DNA of 64,000 nt, taken from contig CM119265.1 of NCBI GenBank assembly GCA_051294375.1, forward strand, positions 12,888,124 through 12,952,123, read 5' to 3'. Under the pieces are notes generated by a model. It ran no database searches and had not been told where the DNA came from. It saw only the letters and a list, made by a program, of their open reading frames with translations. The translations under genes were made by a program, and so were the position numbers. Positions 12,101 to 25,000 of this stretch are shown here, in pieces (positions within the stretch are counted from its first letter, which is position 1; every line of letters begins with the position of its first letter). This stretch comes from Paraspadella gotoi. Taxonomy: Eukaryota > Animalia > Chaetognatha.

Positions 12101-13784
12101 TTGGATCCGGAAGAGATCCGCTTGGGAAAATGCCAAGTGCTACTCGTATATCCCTTTGGCCTGATAAGCCTGCCGACAGCCCTCCTCTCACCTGACGGTG
12201 AGGCAGGCAGTTGCCTGTTCTGGCCTGTTTTGCTACAGGAGATACAGACTCCTCTCCCTCCTCCTGTAGCCGTCGTTTTGGGCGACGCTCAGCGCGAGGA
12301 GAGTCGCGCCAAGTTGCTACAGGTTCAGGAAAGGTATCGGACGTCCATTGCCTGCTGAGAGGTCTCCGCCTGATCCGTTGAGTGGGAACAGGGGAACATT
12401 GTGCGGTTGGGGTGGCTCTGGGCGTTCCACCACCATTTGGATGAGCGAATCATAGCTTGGAGGGAGGTCGAATCGTCCTCCATACGGTTCAGAGAGGGTT
12501 CGAGAGCTTTGATGTAGATTGCCTCTCTAATACCTCTAGAAAACCAGTTTTGGTCATGGGACAGCACGAGACAGTCAGTTTCTCTGAACAGATGGCCAGA
12601 ATTTGCCGTGTGCTCGGCAATGGCCGATAAGTAATGACCACGTGGGTCCCGATATGGCTTTGTGTGCTGCTTGAACGATCTGTCAGAGACTTTTCTGTCT
12701 CGCCCACGTATGCTGCTGTGCAGGGTTGGTTGCCCTTCCCTGCACAGGCCGCCCAGTAGACGGTCCTGATGTTTTCGGTCTGGGGATTTTGTCTTTCGGT
12801 TTCACCAATTGCTCACGTAAGGAGCCGCGGGTCGTCACTGCACTGGATATCCCCTGCTTTGCCAGCACCCGAAATTTCACTTTATTCTACTAACTTATTA
12901 ATTTCTATTGTTAACATTAATTTCAGTTTATGTTTAGATTTTATGCATTTTATCTCTGTTGTACATTGCTAAATGTATTGTTTAAAAATTTTTGCTTTGC
13001 TCTCTCTCTCTCTCTCTCTCTCCACTCTCATTTCATTTTTCAAAGACTTACTTCTTCCCTCTCCTCACCTTCAGCTGTCCTCAGATCTGACCACTGTCCC
13101 TTACCTTATTCTTTGTTGGAAACTCTCCCTCAATTTCTCTTCTCTCTTCTCTCTTTCTCTCTCTCAAAAACTTACTTCAACAGAGACAAAATATTGATTG
13201 TCAAACACTGATGAAGGCTCTAAAGAATGACCGAAACATGTCTGACTAAATTGTGTCAAATAAATCGTTGTCAAACAAAAACTGTTTTTTCTAATACCTC
13301 AAAAACAACGAAAGGAGAGTATATACATAATTTTTTTTATATAATTTTTAAAAATATTTTAATAGATTGTTTAGAATTTAAAGATATGTGCAAAAAAATG
13401 CGCCACTTTATAAATGTACTGTACCTTTTTATTATTAATTTTTTTTTTTATCAGAATAAGCTAAATTGATATAGAGGCGAATAATAACGATACGGTACTA
13501 AATAGATATAAATTAGTGCTTTTTTGTATATGAGTGTACTGTAACTTTTAAATTATTGATTTTTTTTACAGGAACAACAAGCCAAATTGATATCAGGAAG
13601 CGCTAAACCCGACGAAAAATTGCAACAATCAATGAATTTAACAGTGAGGAGGCTCGATACCTATCAAAGAGAATTCCAATTATTAGATTTCTCCCTCAGT
13701 AGCGCTAGAATTTTTTTTCGCGCTGACAAAACGGCGGCAGAAGAAAAGGAGGAGAAAGAAGAAAAAGACAATTCTTCTAGTTAA
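6195..13784 (+). CDS. WASHC4: WASH complex subunit 4 (SWIP / KIAA1033)
   Basis: Conserved motifs [90 protein letters not shown] and [10 protein letters not shown]. Exons: 6195-6476, 6658-6778, 7006-7181, 7246-9458, 9955-10125, 10225-10487, 10548-10690, 13572-13784, all GT-AG and in phase. Confidence 0.96.
9588..9800 (+). other. GC-rich, highly self-complementary ~210-nt island in a WASHC4 intron (structured RNA or retroelement-derived repeat)
   Basis: Sharp GC contrast with the AT-rich intron. The ends pair (TTGTGGCAGCG / CGTTGCCATAA). Internal hairpins: AGCCT..AGGCT, CCAGG..CCTGG, CCGGTTCTG..CGGAGCCGG, AGTGAC..GTCACT. Confidence 0.45.
11545..11592 (-). ncRNA. Minimal type I hammerhead ribozyme of the PLE pseudo-LTR
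   Basis: The - strand reads CA-CTGATGA-A-GGCTC-TAAATGAAT-GAGCC-GAAA-CAT-GTC-TG: conserved CUGAUGA and GAAA cores, 5-bp stem II, palindromic minimal stem III (ACAUGU) and a GUC cleavage triplet. Stem I is short. Confidence 0.8.
13203..13247 (+). ncRNA. Second, damaged hammerhead copy in the inverted pseudo-LTR
   Basis: CTGATGAAGGCTCTAAAGAATGACCGAAACATGTC. The core is intact but one G of stem II (GAGCC to GACC) and one loop T are missing. Confidence 0.65.
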
Positions 13785-14023
13785 ATGAGAAGCTTAGAAA
13801 CACTTGAACTTTTTTTACTATGGGTTTTCGGTTCCATTATTTCCATTAAATGTGTCCCCAAAATATTTTTTAGATCATCCATGATTCATTGATTGGTTCT
13901 GTCCACTTTTATATTTAAAATTTTATTATATTATTGGTGCTACAATTTTTTTATTCTTGAAATAACCTCATGAAGAGACAGTAATTATTGATAAGTGTTA
14001 ATGACAGAACCGTTTAATATAAG

Positions 14024-14172
14024 CAGTCCCTGAGCTTCGGATCAGGCTGTAACACCATGTTACAGGCGGGTTAAGCGCCCCGTCCCTCTTAACTGCCAGA
14101 GGACCACCGGGCTAGAACCCCGGACCTTTGGGTTGGGAGGCGAATGACTTGCCTCAGGCACCAATGGCCGCT
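14024..14172 (-). mobile_element. tRNA-derived SINE (tRNA-Gly-like head)
   Basis: The - strand reads GCGGCCATTGGTGCCTGAGGCAAGTCATTCGCCTCCCAACCCAAAGGTCCGGGGTTCTAGCCCGG, with A-box-like and B-box-like (GGTTCTAGCCC) motifs and CGCCTCCCA as in tRNA-Gly(CCC). The anticodon stem does not pair, and a tRNA-unrelated body follows. Confidence 0.6.
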
Positions 14173-14717
14173 GATGAACGGTTGGTGGATTTTAGTCGAT
14201 TGTTAGTCGATAGATATTGGTAAAGTCAAGAAAAAGGTTCACTTTGAGCGACTTTAAATGGTTATTGTTAAACAATTTTTTAAATTTCTAATTCTTCTCA
14301 TGATGTCGTCTTAGTCCATCGAAATCACCACATCCGACTTATAAGCAAGTTTCTTAAGACGATATATTGACAAAAAAGATCCATCGCTCACTTAACCTTT
14401 AGTTAATAACTGATTGAAATCGAAACTGCCTAATTCTTACTCGTGATAGAAATAATTCCATAGATAACAATTTTATTTTTATAAAACTCAAACAATAGTG
14501 GCAGCCTTGAACAAGGCTTTTTGGCCTACACTAATAATTTGTATTATAATTTTAGAAAGGCACTTGGGCTTTACAAATCCAATCATTACATTGAGGAAAG
14601 CGATTAATTCAAATTTATTTCTCTTTAAATTTAAAATGTGATAAAAATCAGGTGCAAGAACAATTAAAACAACAAAGCTGGATAAAAAGAACTATTTACA
14701 TCAGATAATTTTAGTTC

Positions 14718-15140
14718 TCAGCCCTCAGTTTTTTCCTGGTCAAGTTTATCGAAAGATTCTTCAGGGATTATCCTTCTGGAGTTAGATCTTATGGTGGTCA
14801 GCAATTTTTCAGCTCGTCGAAGTCTTTTCAATCGCTCCGTCGAATTTTTGGCTTTATTTTTGGCACAGTATATTAACGAAGGAGTTTCTTTCGCAGCCGA
14901 GATGGAGTCCACTTTTGCTGGACATTCTGGCGATACAGTTTTACCCATAATTTGCTCTTGGTCAGCAATGACAACCTTCACGCTTTTTAGATTCTGCAAC
15001 TCATGTTGGCAGCGCTTTCGCGTCAAGCGCGTGACAAATCTTTGACCATTGAGGCGCCGCTTGCCAGTGCGTTTAAGTACTTTCTCGTACTTTTGAAAGG
15101 CGACTCCGAGTTCTTCTTCGCAATTAGGCTGATGATCCAT
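14718..15140 (-). CDS. Orphan single-exon basic protein (~140 aa), unknown function
   Basis: ATG at 15140 in GCCATGG context. The K/R-rich ORF has exon-like GC content against AT-rich flanks and starts 230 bp downstream of the TGS1 stop. Confidence 0.5.
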   Translation of the reverse strand: MDHQPNCEEELGVAFQKYEKVLKRTGKRRLNGQRFVTRLTRKRCQHELQNLKSVKVVIADQEQIMGKTVSPECPAKVDSISAAKETPSLIYCAKNKAKNSTERLKRLRRAEKLLTTIRSNSRRIIPEESFDKLDQEKTEG

Positions 15141-15370
15141 GGCGAACAATAAAGTCGAATGAAAGAAATTAGATCCCACGGAGAAACACCGCGGGATTGT
15201 TTCAGTTTAGATCGATCGGGAAGGAATCGAATTAGTTTTTATTTCATTCATTTTCATCTGTTTAATATAATTTTCTTTGAAACTAAAATGAAGGCAACAT
15301 TAAAAATTTTCATTTAAAAAACTTAACAGGCAACCTGAATAAATAGGAAGTTATTCAATAATAAAAACAT

Positions 15371-18383
<3,013 letters not shown>

Positions 18384-19029
18384 TGATTGATAATGAAATT
18401 GAGAGAAAGAATCTTCACTTCATAAACGGACTGAGTTTGCCTGCATTTAAAAATAATTGTCAAAGGGAAACTAAACGATTTCGAGAAAAAAGTGGCTACA
18501 CTTCTTCTAAATGCAATATTAAACGTACGGGCAAGACAGAATATCACAAGCTCAATTATGAATTAGAAATAATACGAACAAATTTTTAAGAAACCATAGC
18601 AAAATTAATGATAAAAACTAAAAACGTAATGACATTTAGAATGTAAAATAACTTAAGAAAATATTTCATGACATGGGAGAATAAACTAAACAAAAATTAT
18701 ATAAACATGATTGATTAGAAAACTTACTAGTATAAATATACAATACAATCCGCCAAATTACAAGTGAATAAAAACTCCGCATAATCTAAGTTCAATAAGC
18801 AGATATAGCGGGTGGACCGGGCTAATGTCAACGAACACATACAGTTAATCGCACTATGATGAAAATGCAATTCTAAGGCACGATATATATTATATATAGC
18901 AACGAAACGCGTTTTACGGGTTTTACCAACGATTTATTTCAGTTCCACTCGCAACACCGTCGAGATGCGTCTTTTTTAAAATTTTTTTTATTCCGTTTTT
19001 CGTGCAGATCCGTTAAAATTTATTTTCAA

Positions 19030-22000
19030 TCAATTAAGGAATTTTCTGCATTTTTTTGAGCCGCAATAACAAGGTATTTTGACGTCTTCCTTAGGGAACT
19101 TGTAATCGTAAGTTAGTTCTTCGCCGGGCAGAATCCGTCGCTGAGCAAAAATGACGATGTGTTCAAGTCCCTCGGGGCCGCGAATGACTCGGGAGAAACA
19201 GTTAGGTTCGCAAGAATGGTTGATAAAACGGGCTGTGGGATTATGGATAAAATGAAATTGAGGAAAAAAGCTTCAGCATACGCAAAAACAAATGAAATAA
19301 CCAAACAAATTTGATATCTCAATCTCACCGGCGTTGCCGTGCATTGTCGCGTCAATGACGGTATCCGGGTCGATTCTGAACATATAGCATCCGATTCCTT
19401 TAGATTCGTATTTCATTTCACGGGCGTCGGTGAGAAAAGAGCGAATGAGCTGTCCCGCGTATTCGATGATCATTTCTCCTTCTTCGATGGTGCGCTTGCA
19501 AAATAAGCCTCGACCGTGAATTCGCGATCGGTACACGCCAACCGCTTCTTTGGCAGTCTGAAAAGGAAATCATTTTAGTTAGTCACGACTTGGGTAAAAA
19601 TTCCAAAATCACTTCTGACCTGTTTGAGGAACCGAAACCTCATTCCCAATGGAAGATGTAAGCAGGCAGTGGCGCGTTTGGCGGCCGCCGTCACCAGCGA
19701 TTCCTCCGATTCGGGAACGGGCGGAACGGGAGGTAGGCGACGATGAACAGAGGCTAGAAAGTCGAACATGTCGAAATCCGAGCGAGAAGCGTATGGTTCC
19801 GAACGACAGCATCCTGACAAAAAGAAAGTTATTTAATAAAAAATAACCAATTACTTAGTCTTCCTTGAATTTTATTCATATGAGTTCAAGCGCTAACCAG
19901 AATGACTTTCTTCAATGTGGTCGTCTTCTTCGTTTACCCGCGCCGCGTGCGAAAACCAAAATTTGTACAGTTTGAGCCTACTTCTTCCTTTCAGTTGTTC
20001 CAAGATGTAAACGATAGACGCTCGATCGAGGCCAAACATAGCTACTCCTGAACGAGCACCCACGAATGACAGCGGATTCAGCCCTAACAATTTTCGTCCT
20101 GCAGAGAAAATTATGAAGGCACTAAAAGTCGGATAAACAGAGTGGCTTAAAAAAAAAATTGACAAAAATAAGATTTCCGAAAATGTCAGGTTTTCACTCA
20201 CCACATTGAATTTTTGCCGTGATATTTATCCAAGCATCGTCGATGTTTTCGCTCTCCATAAAGAACCCGTCATCACTTCGGATCCGAAACACAATCTTGC
20301 TCTCCACCTTCTTCTCTTTTTTTCTGGGTGAACCGCTCTCTCCGACTGTTGATTTGGGCCTTACTAATCTCGTTACGGGACGTAAACCACCTCGGCGACA
20401 CGTCCAACTGTCTCCCGGGACCGAATAGTCCATAGCAGGGATCTGATTTTCGTTGCTTTCGTCAACCTCTTCCTTTTCTTTCCAAGGATCGACAGGCAGT
20501 CGCGTCGTTTTTGATGGAGATCGGATCAAACCCTCAACGCATCGCTTTTTCGAAGGCGTCGGACCGGATATCGCGAAAGATTTTGACAGGGTCGGGGAAT
20601 CGCCTTCCCAGTCCATCTGCAGCGGAAGGCCGCCCGCGCCCTTTTGCTGCATCCGCTGTTGCATCCAGGATGTTATTTGCTTCTCGTTAAGTCCAGTCTT
20701 GACCATGAGTTTATCAACGTCGCTGTTAGTTAACACAGGATTGGGAGAGCCGCTCAGAGTCAACGGGCCGCGATGGTGAGTTTCGAACCAATGTTCCAAG
20801 ATAGCCGTTTGAATGTCTGAAACAAGGCAGGTCTGCATCTTTTCAACCTTGGTCCTCCGTCGATTTTTGCACCATTCGAGAATAAACTCTCGGGACTTGT
20901 TAGTTGACTTGACAAGCTTATAAATTTCGCGACTCGTAGGGAATCCCGTTTTGTGATTCACGAACCACTTTTCCAAAAACGTAACATAGTTCGACTTTTC
21001 CTGATGTGACGAAGTGGCGCTGTTTTCGTCGAAACGTTGGCCAAGAATTTGTTTTCGACCGTGTTGCTTCCGTTGGTTCTCCAATTTTGGCTCCTCCTTG
21101 ACAATGTTCTTTTTGATGGGCTTTTTGTGATGATGATCGTGGTCTTCCTCGCTTTTTTTCTTTTGATTTACCGTCGACATTTGACGGCGCACTGCGAACC
21201 AATCTTGCGTTGTCTTCATCGGGATTCCAACCTGCGAACTGATTGCTTCCACCTCGGCCGACGAGGGAATTTCATCCAGCTCGTCGTAGCCTTGCATCTC
21301 GAACCACCGTTCCAACGTTTCCATGATCCTATTTGCATGCTCATCCATCGTTCGAGAGGAAGGACTTGGTTTTCCTGTCATTATAGACGAGCGGATTGCT
21401 TCAAAACGACTGCGTCTGAAAAATAAAGGTCATTTTGAATTACACAGTAAATAATTGAACGACAAAGAAATGAAAATTTTCAAATTACTTGTTTCACTAT
21501 TTTCTATTTTTATATTTTATGAAGGATTTAGTATTTGATTTATATTGTTTAAAGTTTTAAACAATATATATTGCTTTCTTTCTTACTAATCTTACTAATC
21601 ATTATATCTAATAACTCAATTTGGGAAGGGGAAGTCAGAGTTGTCATCTGGAAATAGAGGGAGCATCTATACAACACAAGGTTAAATTACAATCTGTCCT
21701 AGTTTTCTAACAGATATCACACATCATTTCTGTTAGAAAGTCATTAATAAAAAATCCTAATATGAAATTGGTACAACCAATATAAAAATTATCCATTCAT
21801 TTAATAAATAAGCTATCTTGCCCCTGACTGATAATATATAAGAGGCTGAACAGAAAGGGGTAGGAATGGATAATTTTTTGAGGGGGGACCAAAGTTATAT
21901 GTGATTTTTTTTACCAATAGGGGCACCTTTATGTCATGAATATAATTTTAAAATACTTTAATGAAAATTATATTTTTTCTTTATCCTATTTTTAATTATT

Positions 22001-25000
22001 TCTTTTTTTGAATATTTTTTATTTTTAATGTTTATTCAATGGGAAAGTCATCAGTTGGGAAACTATACCCTTCATGGATTTCGGCTCTTTAATCCCAATA
22101 TCCAGGTATAGGCGAGCCATCACCAAATGGTGATCCTTCATTGTTATCTTATATTTTAAAGGTATATTTTGAATGTATAATTTAAACAGACCAAAGCCCT
22201 AGTATCACAGCTTTATTAATTTTAGGGAAATTTATTAAGGTTTTGTAATAATTTGTAAATGAATTAAATAAGTTAAATAATTAATTAAATATTAAGTAAA
22301 TAATCAAGGGTATGTTAATGTAAAGTTAACATTAAGTTAATTAATAAAAGTTAAAAAATAAGTTAAATAAGTTTTTTAACTAATATTGTTGATGTTATTA
22401 TTATTATTATTTAAAGTGGTTTAATTTTGTTATTTTTACCTTATTATTTCTATTAGGAATTATCATGTATAATCTTTTTCGAAAATAGATTAATATCATT
22501 AATTTTATTGTTTACAAACAACGATTTTTTTTATCAATAACTACATGTTTATTGTTAAAGCCTTGCTTTTGCAATGCTTTATCAGCGCAATTTTCATAAT
22601 TCGGGGTAATTCGGAACACTTTTGGAAGTAATCCAATTTTCGCATACTAAATTTATTAATTTTTTTTTCTGGTGATATATCTTGGAAAGTGTCCCCGCTT
22701 AAGGTATTCGTTTTATCCTGCGGTCACAAGGGGCCGCATTTTTAAAACAAGAACGGTGATTCTAATGTGTTGCGCCGCAGTGACTTTATTTATTTATTTT
22801 CCCTTTGATCACATGATATGATTTGACATGACATGAGTAAAAAGCATTCTTAGCCCTTGTATTTATGATATGCACTGCATCGAGTGTTTTATTTATTCCT
22901 CAATCCTCATAGTTTAAAGATTTCCTGAGAAAGGCGCTAGCAGTCCCTTAGTTGCTTCGCGAGTACTCGCGCCGCGACTAAAAATAGAACACCTAATATA
23001 ATATGTATACATTTTTATAATATTACAGAAAATAATAACTAAAACACTTAATAAGAGCATAAAGCCTTTCATTAATGTTTTATGTATCAGTTTTGCAGTT
23101 TTTCAAAATTATAGAATCGTTGTACTACCTAACAAAATAAACTTTTGTTTTCGCTAATCCCTAAAACAACGAAAAGAGAGAAAATAACACAAAATATATT
23201 TGTAATAATATTCTTATAAAATAGTAAATTTTAAAAATAATTTTTTTAAAACTTTTAATAAAGATTCAGATTTTTCATAAAAAGTTGAATCAAAAATATA
23301 AAACGTGTTATCAAAAATTATGTCATCTTCAGCGCTTAAAACGGAAAAAAGGGTGAAAATTCTTAACTTTTTTATTCTCTGTAGTAGAAACTTATATATG
23401 TTAAAAAGTTTTAGTCATTTTTTGTGATCCAAACATTAAAATATCGTATAAAATATTTTTTAAGTTTCTTAATTTTTTACGGTGAATCCAAATCTGTTCT
23501 TAAAAATAAAAAAAATATTATTTTGAAATTTAACGATTTAATAAAGATATTACTACATAAATAATTGAATTTACTACACTGTTATGCTAAAAAAAATTTT
23601 AAAAGGATTTAAAATTCATTAATCACATGTCCATAGGCAGCAAAAAAATATTGTTCAATCACTCAATCTTTTCATCACAATGCATAGTTCGTACATCTCT
23701 CAGACTTATTTTGCTGTACCTCATAGATCGATCTCAGAGGTCATGGTTAATACTAATAGCTAAAGAAAAACGTCACTCACCGATAAGTCAGCGTTGACCT
23801 CTTGTTCTGGAACCACTTATTCACTTTCTTTGCTGGGACGTTACTGAGTTTTGCGAGTTCCATGATTTGCTCTTTTGTAGGTTCGTAGTTTCCGGTTTTT
23901 TTAAGAAACTGGACGAGAATTTCTCGGCGCTCAGATTCGGGCACAATAAATCGGTCTTGTCGGCGCGCCTTGTCGGGCGAATTAACGACCGAAGACGATG
24001 GCGTTGAAGAGGGCGTAGCGGAAGTTGAAGTCGGCAAAGAGTCAGTCTCACGTTTTATGGAAAGATCAAGCGGGGAATTTGAATGACTACGAAGAGCGGG
24101 GTCTACAAAGATGGGTGCCGCGGATGCCATTTTATATTCCAGAGCCTCTTGTGGCACCGTGACGCCTCGTTCGTTTGTTTGATCGATTCCAACGGGATCT
24201 TCTTCTTCCGTCCCTTCGACACCCAATGATCCCGTCAACGAAAGTAAAGTTTCTGCAGCCTGCTGCAAAAAGTCTGTCTCTTCCGCGGCAGAAATTCCTT
24301 CGTCAAGGTCAGCGACACCACTGCCAAACAAAGCGCCCGAGGTAGGTGTGGCGTTTCCGCCAGAGGCGACGGAGCTATTATTTTCGCGAAGGACGCTGTC
24401 AAAAAGCGACTCGTCGGCGGCAGCGAATCTCGACGATTCGTTTGGTGACGCGATTTCCTCGGCGGTAGCTTTTCCTGTATCATTGGGCAAGTCAGCCTTA
24501 ACACGAACGTCGAGGGTGAACCCATCTTCAGTCCGAGTGAATTGGTCCATAGGGCTCGGGCTCCGAATGACGCGACTTTCGGCGACGTCCTCCCAACAGG
24601 AATTCGATTCGTTCCCAACCGTTTCCACTTTCATTACCGTCGTCGATTCAGACGCCATTTTCCTTTTTCGTCCATAGGTCTTTTTCCCTGAATCAGTAAA
24701 TCGCGAATTCAAGAATTCGCATGCGTCATCGCCCTGCATCGAAGAAATTAACGTTATGCTTGACTCATTCGGCGATGGTACGCCCCCGCGATTTACGTAA
24801 ACCGTTTTGTTATTGATGGAAGTCATTGAGGCCGACAAAAGCGGCGGAGAGGGTCTAAATGTTTCGCTCTCATCGGCGTCTTCTATGTCGTTGTTCAAAA
24901 AATAAGTAGGAGATTCTTTTTTCGTTGCGAGTGAGAAAAGATCAGAATTGACTGTGGTTATAGGACCGTTGGTCCAGTTCGATATGAGCTGGTTCGTGTC

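Larger units (their letters stand above)
11496..13296 (-). mobile_element. 5'-truncated Penelope-like retroelement (GIY-YIG endonuclease remnant) flanked by ~425-bp inverted pseudo-LTRs, in the last WASHC4 intron
   Basis: 11496-11924 and 12872-13296 are near-perfect inverted copies. Across frameshifts, the interior reads on - as [22 protein letters not shown]...[45 protein letters not shown], typical of PLE GIY-YIG endonucleases. The repeats contain (CT)n tracts and a hammerhead core. Confidence 0.88.

Noticed and set aside
10936-13423. Possible Tc1-like element enclosing the PLE (TACAGT ... ACTGTA, repeated GTG.AAAAAAAT.GCGCCACTTTA)
   Set aside because: Only ~6 bp are inverted, and the longer shared motif is a direct repeat, so no convincing TIR pair.
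14100-14172. Functional tRNA-Gly(CCC) gene
   Set aside because: The anticodon stem does not pair and the B box is imperfect; treated as a SINE head.
22041-22145. Hammerhead-like words on - (GAGCCGAAA and CTGATGA)
   Set aside because: The order and flanking stems are incompatible with any hammerhead topology; stems I and II do not form.
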